A stretch of 64,000 bases of DNA from an uncultured Clostridia bacterium (GTDB lineage Bacteria; Bacillota; Clostridia; Oscillospirales; Oscillospiraceae), in the NCBI GenBank assembly GCA_947165085.1, contig CAMUZA010000002.1:6844-70843 (forward strand), written 5' to 3'. The position numbers and the translations under genes are program-made. The notes beneath the pieces are model-generated. The model was not told where the DNA came from. It did no database searches and was given only the letters and a program-made list of their open reading frames with translations. This document shows, piece after piece, positions 50,500 to 59,568 of the stretch. Position 1 is the stretch's first letter; the number at the start of each line of letters is the position of its first letter.

Positions 50500-51384
50500 C
50501 TAATAGATGATCCTCTCTTCCGCTACCGCGCGCAGATGCGCGCCGTAGGGCGATTTCCCGTAGAGCGCGGCGGAAGCGAGCAGTTCTTCCTTGGTGATCC
50601 ATCCGTTCCGGTAGGCAATTTCCTCCGGCGCGGAGATTTTCACGCCCTGGCGTTTTTCCACCATCTGCACGAAGTTGGCGGCCTCGACCAGAGACTCCAT
50701 CGTTCCGGTGTCCAGCCACGCAAAACCGCGTCCGAGCGTCTTGACGTCCAGCAAACCTTCCTCCAGATACATCCGGTTCAGGTCTGTGATCTCCAGCTCG
50801 CCGCGCGCAGAGGGCTTTACCTGCTTTGCTTTTTCAACGACGTGCTTGTCGTAGAAATACAGGCCGGTAACGGCGTAATTGGATTTCGGCTGTTTTGGCT
50901 TCTCTTCAATTGAGATCGCCTTTCCGTTCCGGTCAAATTCTACTACGCCAAAGCGCTCCGGATCCGGTACATAGTAGCCAAAAACTGTCGCGTGGCCGGT
51001 TTCACCGTTCTGCTTCGCTTCACGCAAGATTCTGCCGAAGCCGTTGCCGTAGAAGATGTTGTCTCCGAGGATCATGGCGCAGCAATCGCCACCGATAAAT
51101 TCCTCGCCAAGTAAAAACGCCTGGGCAAGTCCGTCCGGAGACGGCTGGACCTTATAGGATAACTGCACGCCCATACTTGCACCGTCACCTAAAAGCTCAC
51201 GGAATCTCGGTGTATCCGAAGGCGTGGAAATAATCAGAATGTCCCGAATCCCAGCTAACATCAGGGTTGAAAGTGGGTAATAGATCATCGGTTTGTCGTA
51301 AACCGGCAAAAGCTGCTTGCTTGTCACCCGCGTAAGCGGATACAGTCTCGTCCCTGCGCCGCCGGCAAGAATAATACCCTTCAT
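50500..51384 (-). CDS. rmlA: Glucose-1-phosphate thymidylyltransferase (internal copy)
   Basis: [42 protein letters not shown]. Confidence 0.96.
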   Translation of the reverse strand: MKGIILAGGAGTRLYPLTRVTSKQLLPVYDKPMIYYPLSTLMLAGIRDILIISTPSDTPRFRELLGDGASMGVQLSYKVQPSPDGLAQAFLLGEEFIGGDCCAMILGDNIFYGNGFGRILREAKQNGETGHATVFGYYVPDPERFGVVEFDRNGKAISIEEKPKQPKSNYAVTGLYFYDKHVVEKAKQVKPSARGELEITDLNRMYLEEGLLDVKTLGRGFAWLDTGTMESLVEAANFVQMVEKRQGVKISAPEEIAYRNGWITKEELLASAALYGKSPYGAHLRAVAEERIIY

Positions 51385-51388
51385 CTCT

Positions 51389-53746
51389 TCATCCCTTTAT
51401 CTTTCTTATCAAGCGTTTGACCTTAGAACCATAGCGCCGGATCGTCTTTTTTGTTCGCTGCGCCAGTGTCGGTCGGAGCAAACGCTTCACGAGCTTCTCC
51501 ATCGACTCACGTTGCCTTGCGGCAAAGAAGGCGTCGCGGTTCGGATGCCACGGAACGCTGTGCGTCGTTGCATGATTCATCTGCGTCGCACGGTCGAGAT
51601 CGGTTTTCCCGATTATCAGACTGTCGGAAACAGTCTGAAGAAGCTGCTTCCCCTTTTCGCTGTGCGCCAGAATCAAGGAGACACCCTGCTGCTGTTTCAG
51701 CTCCGGATGTACCAGTTCTACGCCCCAATAGTCGGCAAGCGTCAAATCGCTCGTTCGTGCGACTGTCTTATACTGGCATTGATAACAGGAGGGGCGCAGC
51801 GTCAGATTTGCAAGGAACGCTCGCTCATAGGGATCCTTTGTCGCAAGCTCGCGGTAACTTGATCCATCGGCATAAGTGACTTTCATGGAGAACCCGTACC
51901 AACCGAGCGTTTTATCTCGGAAATTGACCGATGCGATCTGCTTATCGCCGTGCGTCTGCTCCAGATAATCCTTCCAGGCCTCCGGTGAAGGCACGCCGTG
52001 ACAGATAATATCTTGTGTAAATAAGTTCTCGTCGTCTTTTCCCAAATACTGCTGCAGGGCAGCGATCTGGCAGGGTGTACCGCTGAACAGCACCGGACGA
52101 TTCTCTTTCAGAAGAGAGCGAACCTGCCGCAGGGTATCGCCGAGGTCGCTCTGCACGTATTTTGACGTGCGCAGGCGAGCGATTTCCTCCGGTTTATCAA
52201 TTCTTTGGTGACATACGCGGAAATCCGAATCGAATCCCGCGCCGAAGGCCACGCCGCCGCGCTGCAGGATCTCCTGCGCCAGCAGGGTAAACACGCCGCC
52301 GGACGAACTGCTTTGACAGATCGCCGCGTCTTTCGCGAACGCGTAATACGCTTCCGGCGTTTTGTCCGCAGGCGTCACACAGTCTGCCGGACAGCTCCGC
52401 TCGCAGGCAAGGCAGCCGACGCACTTCGTTTTGTCGATGTGTGGGTAGCGGAAACCCTCCGCGTCCGCTTCCATGCGGATCGCGTCCGTCGGGCAGGCGG
52501 CTTCGCAGGCGCCACAGCCCGTGCAGTGCGCGCGGCTTGCGAGCACCGGCTGCTTCTCGTCCGTACCGGCGCCAGCCAGCGCCGTTTGTAAAAACTGTAC
52601 GGTGATTTCCCGCTCCGCCGAAACGACGGCGGCGGCCTTTGTAAAATCACAGGAATCCACGTCCGGCAAAAGCACCTTGGGGAATTGACGGTCTTCCAGC
52701 CCTGTCTTTTTCAGAACCGAGCTGATGCGGGAGGACATGGACGAGCCGCCCTCCACCCGTTCAAACACCACGAAAGGCTTCTGCAGGTTGATGGAAAACG
52801 CCGTCCCGTGGAAGGAGTCGGTAAAGACAGCACGCGCATGATCCAGCAGCCAGACGAATTCCTGCGGGTCGATATCGTAATAGCGCAGATCGCGGATGTC
52901 GCAGATATTCACGATCTCGCAGTTGTTTCGTTTTGCGTATTGCTCGATATACCGCACGTAGCGGTTGATCTCGTTGCCAAGGAAGTAGCAAAAAACATAC
53001 TCGCCCTGCGGCTTCTGCTCCGGCTCCCGCGCAAAGGCACGCCAGTCCTCCGCCGTCAGGGCGAAGGTCGGATCCAATAGTACCTTGGCGTCCCGTCCGG
53101 TCAAGTCTTTAATCAGCTTTGCGCCGGCGTCCTCGCGGACGGACAGATGCGGAATGGATGCGATCCACTCCGAAAAGTCGCGTTTTCGGCAGTCCGGCAG
53201 CTCCGATATGCCGAAGCTCGGCGCCAGCGCGATTCGCTTGTGCTCCGGCGCAAACTGCAGGAATTCGATCATGGAATTCGTATGGAAGTACGGATTCCAG
53301 ACCTGATCGCTGCCGCAGACGAACGCAGCGAAGTCCGCTAAATGCTCTCGCGGAAGCCGGCGCGCATCAAACGCGGTCGAATCCGTATGGATCACGCGCT
53401 CGCGGCAGGCGTCGAAGCGCGCAAGACGACGCTGTGCCGCTGCATCATAATCCGCCTTTCGACGTTTCGCGCTGCGCAGACCCGTGCCGTGACAGTCGCG
53501 GGCATTCTTGCACCCGTAGCGGTTTCCCAACTTCGTGAGTCGATATGCAGCCAAATAGTCCGGCATCAGCTTCCGCCAGAGTGCCGGCTTCTTTGCAGCA
53601 GAATCCGGAAAACCGCGTTTTGTTTGATTGTTCAGCGTCAATGCCTGATAACCGCAGCGTTCGATCAGGGTCTGCACCGCGTAATTCTGCAGCACGTTCC
53701 CGTAATTCGCTCCGCCCGTCATCGTGGCGATTCCGACTTGCTTCAT
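51389..53746 (-). CDS. Fusion: polysaccharide pyruvyl transferase family domain + 4Fe-4S/FrhB-FdhB-like domain
   Basis: N-terminal NYGNVLQ, GSDQVWN, SVRE, DPT, DSFHG; C-terminal [53 protein letters not shown]; one 785-aa frame. Confidence 0.88.
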   Translation of the reverse strand: MKQVGIATMTGGANYGNVLQNYAVQTLIERCGYQALTLNNQTKRGFPDSAAKKPALWRKLMPDYLAAYRLTKLGNRYGCKNARDCHGTGLRSAKRRKADYDAAAQRRLARFDACRERVIHTDSTAFDARRLPREHLADFAAFVCGSDQVWNPYFHTNSMIEFLQFAPEHKRIALAPSFGISELPDCRKRDFSEWIASIPHLSVREDAGAKLIKDLTGRDAKVLLDPTFALTAEDWRAFAREPEQKPQGEYVFCYFLGNEINRYVRYIEQYAKRNNCEIVNICDIRDLRYYDIDPQEFVWLLDHARAVFTDSFHGTAFSINLQKPFVVFERVEGGSSMSSRISSVLKKTGLEDRQFPKVLLPDVDSCDFTKAAAVVSAEREITVQFLQTALAGAGTDEKQPVLASRAHCTGCGACEAACPTDAIRMEADAEGFRYPHIDKTKCVGCLACERSCPADCVTPADKTPEAYYAFAKDAAICQSSSSGGVFTLLAQEILQRGGVAFGAGFDSDFRVCHQRIDKPEEIARLRTSKYVQSDLGDTLRQVRSLLKENRPVLFSGTPCQIAALQQYLGKDDENLFTQDIICHGVPSPEAWKDYLEQTHGDKQIASVNFRDKTLGWYGFSMKVTYADGSSYRELATKDPYERAFLANLTLRPSCYQCQYKTVARTSDLTLADYWGVELVHPELKQQQGVSLILAHSEKGKQLLQTVSDSLIIGKTDLDRATQMNHATTHSVPWHPNRDAFFAARQRESMEKLVKRLLRPTLAQRTKKTIRRYGSKVKRLIRKIKG

Positions 53747-53759
53747 TTGCAGGTTTCCT

Positions 53760-54893
53760 TTATTTCTGCATGTTTTCCAAAATCGTTTGGATCACTTCGT
53801 GATGAGCATCGCACCGTACGAGGTTCATTGAGATCATCGCTTTTCTGCGATTAACATACCATTTGATCAGTCGGTTTTTCATAATGCGGTTGAGCTTATT
53901 CAAAACACGATTCCATCCAAGCAACAACGGCATGTCCATCGGTGCAAGCTTCTCGCAAAACGCATCCCAGCTCTGCTTTAGAAAAGCCGGATCATCTAGA
54001 TTCGCAGACAACTGTTCCATATGCTCAAGCACTTCCCGGTTGCCTTGGTCGTCAAGAAATGATATTCCTGCCTCACCGGCAGCAAAAGCTCTGTAGGAGA
54101 CTTTGCATTCTTCATCAGATAGCGTTACAGTCGTGAGGAGACCGGTGTCCCACGCAGGATCGCCATGTTTCCCGAACAAAGCATTTCCCTGTCCGTAAAG
54201 GATCTCCGTGCCGTGGTGGTTTTCCCTCGTTCCGATGCAATGGCTGTGTTGGCAAAGAATCAGATCTGCACCAGCGTCTGCCATCGCGCGGCACTTCTTT
54301 TGCAGAAGCGGCGACGGAAGCGGGTATTCCTCAATGCCGCCATGATACAGAACAATCAGATAATTGCAGTTTGCTTTCGCGGCGCTAATGTCCTTTAGGC
54401 TACTATACGGATCGAACAAATTCGCGCCGGGCGTAGCTTCACCGGCAATGCTGAATTCATGCTCCGCAAAGCTCAAAACTCCGATACTCTGCCCTTTAAC
54501 CTTCAGAAACAACGGTTTTTCGGCCGCCTTTCGGTTATTCCCCGCGCCTACGGTCAGTATCTCGTTCGTTTCTGCAATAGCAATCGTATCTTGCAGCGCA
54601 TACGGCCCATAATCCAAAATATGATTATTCGCAAGAGACAGCACGTTGAAACCGGCACTTCTAAGAAGACGCATATCATCCGGTCGACTGCAGAAGCACG
54701 GCCCGCATTTAACAATTGGCTCTCCTTTTAAGGATATAGGAGTTTCCAGGTTTCCTATCACCAGATCAGAATCTTTAAAAGAAGCTAAAACATCTCCGAA
54801 AACCATATTAAGATCGGCATGGTCAAACGAGCTGCGGAATCCCCACGCGGGACAAATGTCTCCGAATATGCAAATCTTAATAGAATTATTCAT
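53760..54893 (-). CDS. CapA family (poly-gamma-glutamate synthesis/metallophosphoesterase-like) protein
   Basis: GD, GNLE, LANNHILDYG, YHGG.E, HSHC, YGQGN; start placed at MNNSIK. Confidence 0.85.
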   Translation of the reverse strand: MNNSIKICIFGDICPAWGFRSSFDHADLNMVFGDVLASFKDSDLVIGNLETPISLKGEPIVKCGPCFCSRPDDMRLLRSAGFNVLSLANNHILDYGPYALQDTIAIAETNEILTVGAGNNRKAAEKPLFLKVKGQSIGVLSFAEHEFSIAGEATPGANLFDPYSSLKDISAAKANCNYLIVLYHGGIEEYPLPSPLLQKKCRAMADAGADLILCQHSHCIGTRENHHGTEILYGQGNALFGKHGDPAWDTGLLTTVTLSDEECKVSYRAFAAGEAGISFLDDQGNREVLEHMEQLSANLDDPAFLKQSWDAFCEKLAPMDMPLLLGWNRVLNKLNRIMKNRLIKWYVNRRKAMISMNLVRCDAHHEVIQTILENMQK

Positions 54894-54901
54894 TGCTCCA
54901 A

Positions 54902-55819
54902 TCACACGTCTTTCACCAAAGTCCATTGATCGCCGAAAACTCTGTCGAATTCGATCGGCTCAAAGCAGCATTTTCCGCCGTTGTCAAAGTAGGTCAACTC
55001 GCCGAAGTAGATCTTTCCGTCGACGAGATAAAAATCAACGCGGACAAACTGAAACGGTTCAGCAAGATCTTCCGCGATTCTTACCATACGATCAAGGTCT
55101 GCGCGGTCGACCGGCAGGTAACCCAAGTCGCGCGATAATACGTCGTCATGCATTGGGAGCAGATTGCAGTCCATATCGTAGTAATTCCGATACTGTGTCG
55201 GCTTAAAACGATCTCCGTCGATTTCCCAGTATACGGGTTTTCCGTTGAAGCAGAAGAATTTGAAATCCCGGAGCTCACCCGTCGATTCCTGTAAAAATGC
55301 CTCCGCAATAATTCGACGCGGTTGATCTTTATATACCCACTCTCTCCCTGCCCAATAAATATCTTGGTGAAGCCAGGAGTTTAGCATCAATTTTGCTTGG
55401 CGCCAGTTTATCTTGCTCTTATCTTTCACGATAATGTTCATATGACTACCGTGCGCTGCCTTGAGCACAAACTGATCCGGCAAATCCTCCAGATGGATGT
55501 CCTTTGCCTTGTAATATACGCCGTAGAGCTCATTCAGGCAATCCCCGTATCCTTTTTCCGTGATATACTCTCGAACGGCGTATTTATCCGCGCACTTCTG
55601 CATCAGCGGCATCCGTGCGTTCAGTTTTAACCAATTTGTTTTTTCGCTGAAAGTTTTCGGGTTGTCTAGATCAATCTCTCTTCCCGATGCCTTCTTGTAA
55701 TACCGTTTAACGGCCTTTTCATCTGAGATGATTCGCGGCAGTACGAAGCATTCGATGCTGTGCAGAACGCTGATCATATACCTGCCCCAGAAGCTGCGCT
55801 TTAATTTTTTCTTCAGCAT
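54902..55819 (-). CDS. TupA-like ATP-grasp amidoligase
   Basis: NPKTFSEK.NWLK, ADKYAVREY, FVLKAAHGS, IIAE.FL, DFKFFCFNG, VRVDFY, FGELT. Confidence 0.88.
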   Translation of the reverse strand: MLKKKLKRSFWGRYMISVLHSIECFVLPRIISDEKAVKRYYKKASGREIDLDNPKTFSEKTNWLKLNARMPLMQKCADKYAVREYITEKGYGDCLNELYGVYYKAKDIHLEDLPDQFVLKAAHGSHMNIIVKDKSKINWRQAKLMLNSWLHQDIYWAGREWVYKDQPRRIIAEAFLQESTGELRDFKFFCFNGKPVYWEIDGDRFKPTQYRNYYDMDCNLLPMHDDVLSRDLGYLPVDRADLDRMVRIAEDLAEPFQFVRVDFYLVDGKIYFGELTYFDNGGKCCFEPIEFDRVFGDQWTLVKDV

Positions 55820-55901
55820 GCCTTGTTACTTTATACCTTTCATAAATAATCTAAATAATAAAAAGTATGTCTTAACATATGTAAGGCAATCTATTAATTC
55901 A

Positions 55902-56678
55902 TTATGTTTCCTCTTGCCCCAGAATTCTACCGCGCACCTCGCGGAATCTCTGGAACTCGTCCGTCAGCGTATCAATCAGCTCCACGTGCTTCTCGTCAAT
56001 CAGCGAGACAAAGTTCTGATAATTGTCGTAGCCGTGGGGCGTCCAGGAAAACGGATGGATCAGAATCTGAATCTTGGGATACTTCATCAGCGTTTCATAG
56101 TCCGGATAGCCGTAGTTCCAGCGGTGCTTTGAATCGGCAATGTACTTAACTTCCAGCTTTGTATCGTCCGTAACGTTCTCGGCATAGGTAAAAAAGTCTT
56201 TTGAATACGCGTTAATTGTATTGGGGATCGAAATGTCGTAGTAGTACACTTCTTTCACAGGCCGATGGAAGGAATACGTGTCTATGTTCATCCCCAACAT
56301 TTCGGACATAATGCGAAGCTGATCGCGTACGCCGTCTCGTACGGTCACCGGATCGAGCTGTCCGTTCAGATGATAATGCAATCCGATTTGGTGACCCCTA
56401 GCCGCCATATTGTGCAGCATCGCAACGTTTCGACGCGACAGCGCATTGTATGAATTGTTGGTAATCTGAACGAAATACGTGCTGTGAAAATTCTCTTCAG
56501 ATTCCACAAGAGAAAGCGCGTGCGCTCTGTCAATCGAGAATTCGATGTCATGCCGCATGATGATGAATTCATCTTTTCCCTTTGCGGCTTTATAATCGCA
56601 ATGCTTTCCTGTCGCCTGAATGGCACGGAGAATTCTTCTGTATTCGTCGAAGCTGGGTAAAAATTCAATCTGATTCAT
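55902..56678 (-). CDS. Polysaccharide deacetylase-like (NodB-fold/WbmS-like) protein
   Basis: RHDIE, STYFV, IGLHY, SFHRP, YIADS...W, QILIHP motifs. Confidence 0.6.
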   Translation of the reverse strand: MNQIEFLPSFDEYRRILRAIQATGKHCDYKAAKGKDEFIIMRHDIEFSIDRAHALSLVESEENFHSTYFVQITNNSYNALSRRNVAMLHNMAARGHQIGLHYHLNGQLDPVTVRDGVRDQLRIMSEMLGMNIDTYSFHRPVKEVYYYDISIPNTINAYSKDFFTYAENVTDDTKLEVKYIADSKHRWNYGYPDYETLMKYPKIQILIHPFSWTPHGYDNYQNFVSLIDEKHVELIDTLTDEFQRFREVRGRILGQEET

Positions 56679-56686
56679 CTATTCTC

Positions 56687-57580
56687 TTATCCTTTCGTAT
56701 GCGCTGGGTTACCTAATACTACGGAATGATCCTCCACATTTTTTGTTACAACGGAGCCCATTCCAACCGTCGCATAATCTCCGATGCTCGCCTTGTTGCG
56801 TATCGTGCTGTTTCCGGAGATAAAGCTCTGTTTGCCTGTTTTGGAGCCGCCGAACATAATCGTCTCTCCGACGACAAAGGTATCCTCGCCCAACTGCACA
56901 TTGTGAGAAATAAAGCAACTGTTGTCAATCTTGCAGCCTCTGCCGATCACGGTGTCGTCGATCGCGCCGCGTGCGATCACGGTCAATGCGCCGATCTGCA
57001 CGTCGTCCTCGATCCGAACGCCGCCGAACTGCGGCATGGTTGCGGCTCTCCCGTTTTCGTCGCGGTCAGTCGAGAGTCCGTCCGCGCCGATCACCGTGTT
57101 TTCACGAATTACGACGTTGTTTCCGACTTGTACTTTCCCAACGATTTTCGTTCCCGCGCCAATATACACGTTATCGCCAATAACCGCTTCGCCGCTGATA
57201 TAGGAGAATGGCATAATGACAGTCTTTTTTCCGATCACAGCAGTCTCTGCGATCATAGCGCCGTCAACATACTGCATTTTTTCCTTCTGCGGCGCATTCG
57301 AAATATGATTCTCTCTGAAAAACAAACAATATGCTGTTCGCGGATCCTTGCTCGGAATTGTCAGATTATTCCGCCGGACGGCGTCTGGGATTTCCAAGGT
57401 CGTCGGGTGAAAAATGATGCAGTTTTTGACGTCGGTGATATCTTTGATTCGATCAGAATTCTTTTCATTGATAAACATGACCGAATGATCCGACGGCTTG
57501 TCCAAAGACGCCGGATGGTATACCTCAAAGCAATACGCAGAGGAATACTTGGCAGCAGACACGCAGAATAGCTTTTTCAT
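56687..57580 (-). CDS. LpxD-like left-handed beta-helix N-acyltransferase
   Basis: Hexapeptide repeats plus [23 protein letters not shown]...DTVIG..CKIDN..FISHNV. Confidence 0.85.
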   Translation of the reverse strand: MKKLFCVSAAKYSSAYCFEVYHPASLDKPSDHSVMFINEKNSDRIKDITDVKNCIIFHPTTLEIPDAVRRNNLTIPSKDPRTAYCLFFRENHISNAPQKEKMQYVDGAMIAETAVIGKKTVIMPFSYISGEAVIGDNVYIGAGTKIVGKVQVGNNVVIRENTVIGADGLSTDRDENGRAATMPQFGGVRIEDDVQIGALTVIARGAIDDTVIGRGCKIDNSCFISHNVQLGEDTFVVGETIMFGGSKTGKQSFISGNSTIRNKASIGDYATVGMGSVVTKNVEDHSVVLGNPAHTKG

Positions 57581-57611
57581 TTTTCTTCCTTCTCCTTATC
57601 TACAAAAGCGG

Positions 57612-58691
57612 CTATCGTTCAAAAATCCATCGGTATGGAATCATATTGGATCGAACGCTGAGATCGTATGCCCAAAACGCCGCATAGAATATGAACGTAA
57701 ACGCGCTGGCAAATTGCCTTGTCTTTCCCTTGATCATTCCGAGCATGTGGGGAATCGCAATTGCCTGGAACGGTACTAAATACAGAATAATCCGCTGCAA
57801 AAAGGAGCTGCTCATTGTAATGATTGCCAACGCGCTAAAAACGGTCAGTATATTTCCCATAAACGTGTCACGCTTGGTCAGCTCCTGGCGGCTTAAAAAC
57901 AGCCAAAAGACCGCTGCCGGTGCAGAATAAACGACAATTCTGATGATATTAACGCTCTGTGTCGTGAATTCAGAGTCAGACGCTTCGTCATCCAGAATAA
58001 AATTCGTGATCGTGAAGAGATACTCATAGGCAAGGCTGATAATCCACGTCAGTATGATGGTAATCAGCAAATTCTTGAAGTTTATCTCCCTGTACACAAC
58101 AAAATACAGGAGAATCATAATAATAGCCGACCTATGACAAAGAAAAGCGAGAAATACTGTAACACAATAGGGTATAAACTTTCGGTCTAACAGAAACGGT
58201 AATCCGCACATAATAACCGCGGTTGCAAGGTATTGTCTGGTTCCGTTAAAGCTACCATGCCAGCATCCCATAAAAATATAAAGCGCAAGGCTGAAAAACA
58301 GCGTATCAGAGCGTTTATATATTATGGAAAGGATCAAGCCAATTGTAAGCAGCGAGGAAAGAAAAATTGCCATCCATCCATCGTTAGCGATCCATCTTGC
58401 GACAGTAGCAATTAGTGCGTATCCCGGTTCATCTAACGTTGTGATTCTTTCCCAGAGTGAGTCTGCATACTTGCGAAAGTGTCTATAATATGCGCCAAAG
58501 TCCGTGCCGACATAGTACCTTAATCCTGCAACAAAAATCAGCACCAATGCCGCAATCGTATATAGCGCTTTGCTCGATCGGGAATGCTTATATGCGCCGA
58601 TCTTGTTTTTTATTTCTGTTGGTTTATCATAACTCGCTGCCCATGCGCCAAAGAAAAGTGCAACGCTTATAACAATAATATAAAACAGCAT
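57612..58691 (-). CDS. wzy: EpsG family polysaccharide polymerase (Wzy)
   Basis: GLRYYVGTDF..Y, EPGY, RQYLA, HRSAI, R...Y; about 10 TM helices. Confidence 0.82.
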   Translation of the reverse strand: MLFYIIVISVALFFGAWAASYDKPTEIKNKIGAYKHSRSSKALYTIAALVLIFVAGLRYYVGTDFGAYYRHFRKYADSLWERITTLDEPGYALIATVARWIANDGWMAIFLSSLLTIGLILSIIYKRSDTLFFSLALYIFMGCWHGSFNGTRQYLATAVIMCGLPFLLDRKFIPYCVTVFLAFLCHRSAIIMILLYFVVYREINFKNLLITIILTWIISLAYEYLFTITNFILDDEASDSEFTTQSVNIIRIVVYSAPAAVFWLFLSRQELTKRDTFMGNILTVFSALAIITMSSSFLQRIILYLVPFQAIAIPHMLGMIKGKTRQFASAFTFIFYAAFWAYDLSVRSNMIPYRWIFER

Positions 58692-58726
58692 TGAGGTTCC
58701 TCATCCAACGTTTTTTGAAAGTTAGC

Positions 58727-59542
58727 TCATGATCCGCGAACCGCTTTTCTGCTGCGGAAACGATAGATGATTTTGTATGGTATCACGGCCTTTGTAACCG
58801 TCTTTAGGAATGGTTTGATAATCCACCAGCGCGGGAACTTTAACAAGCGGTAACCGTCCCTTGTGATTAAGAAAGAATTCCACCGCACCTTCCAGGTTCT
58901 GCGTTTTACTGCCGATAAATCGTCAAGACCTAAGTAAAGAGGCTCGTTAATATTGTCTCCGGAGAAGCCGTTTGCAAAGAAGCGAAAAAAGAGTTCCCGG
59001 TCCTGTGAGCGACGTGTTCGCTCCGATACGCAATATCCCCCGAGCTGATCATAAACATATTTGTACGTCAGGATTGTTGCATGCTTAAATGGGGAAGAAT
59101 CCCGCATCGTGTATTTGTCAGGATGAACAGGCGCCAGCATTAAGCTGGTATAACCATCTTCGTTGAAATGTTGAACCGCGGTACCGACAAGCTGCACATC
59201 CGGGTGCTCCTGCAAAAAAGCGACCTGCCGAGCAAAGCGCTCCGGTGCTGATCGGTCGTCTCCGTCCATCCGCGCAACGTATTTCCCGGTCGCTGCAGAA
59301 AGGCAATGATTCAGCGAATAAGCCAAATAGGAGTTCTTTTCGTTTTGCAAGAGTTTGATTCTGTCCGGATATTTTTTTTGATACGCAAGTGCAACTTCAT
59401 AAGTATTATCCGTAGAACAATCGTCGCACATGATCAATTCCCAGTCGGTATAGGTTTGTTGGAGAATAGATTCTATTGCAGCCGGAAGCGTTTCAGCGCA
59501 ATTGTAAATACCCATAATGACCGAGATCTTGCCGTCTTCCAT
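58727..59542 (-). CDS. Glycosyltransferase family 2
   Basis: ISVIMGIYN, CDDCSTD, ARMDGDD, QD.EL. Confidence 0.9.
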   Translation of the reverse strand: MEDGKISVIMGIYNCAETLPAAIESILQQTYTDWELIMCDDCSTDNTYEVALAYQKKYPDRIKLLQNEKNSYLAYSLNHCLSAATGKYVARMDGDDRSAPERFARQVAFLQEHPDVQLVGTAVQHFNEDGYTSLMLAPVHPDKYTMRDSSPFKHATILTYKYVYDQLGGYCVSERTRRSQDRELFFRFFANGFSGDNINEPLYLGLDDLSAVKRRTWKVRWNSFLITRDGYRLLKFPRWWIIKPFLKTVTKAVIPYKIIYRFRSRKAVRGS

Positions 59543-59568
59543 CAGTTACCTCTTTCCGTTCGTACGAA

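Noticed and set aside
51389-52560. FrhB-like domain as an F420 hydrogenase
   Set aside because: No hydrogenase subunits or F420 biosynthesis genes. The domain is fused to a glycan-modifying enzyme.
53760-54893. CapA as a poly-gamma-glutamate capsule operon
   Set aside because: capB/capC/capD are absent from the window.
56687-57580. LpxD-like gene as evidence of lipid A or a diderm envelope
   Set aside because: No other lpx or outer-membrane genes are present. The context is a Wzx/Wzy glycan locus.
59372-59379. T8 tract (A8 in the coding strand) in a GT2, and T7 at 48833-48839, as phase-variation switches
   Set aside because: The tracts are short, lie in AT-rich Lys-coding sequence, and both frames are intact. 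There is no evidence of slippage.
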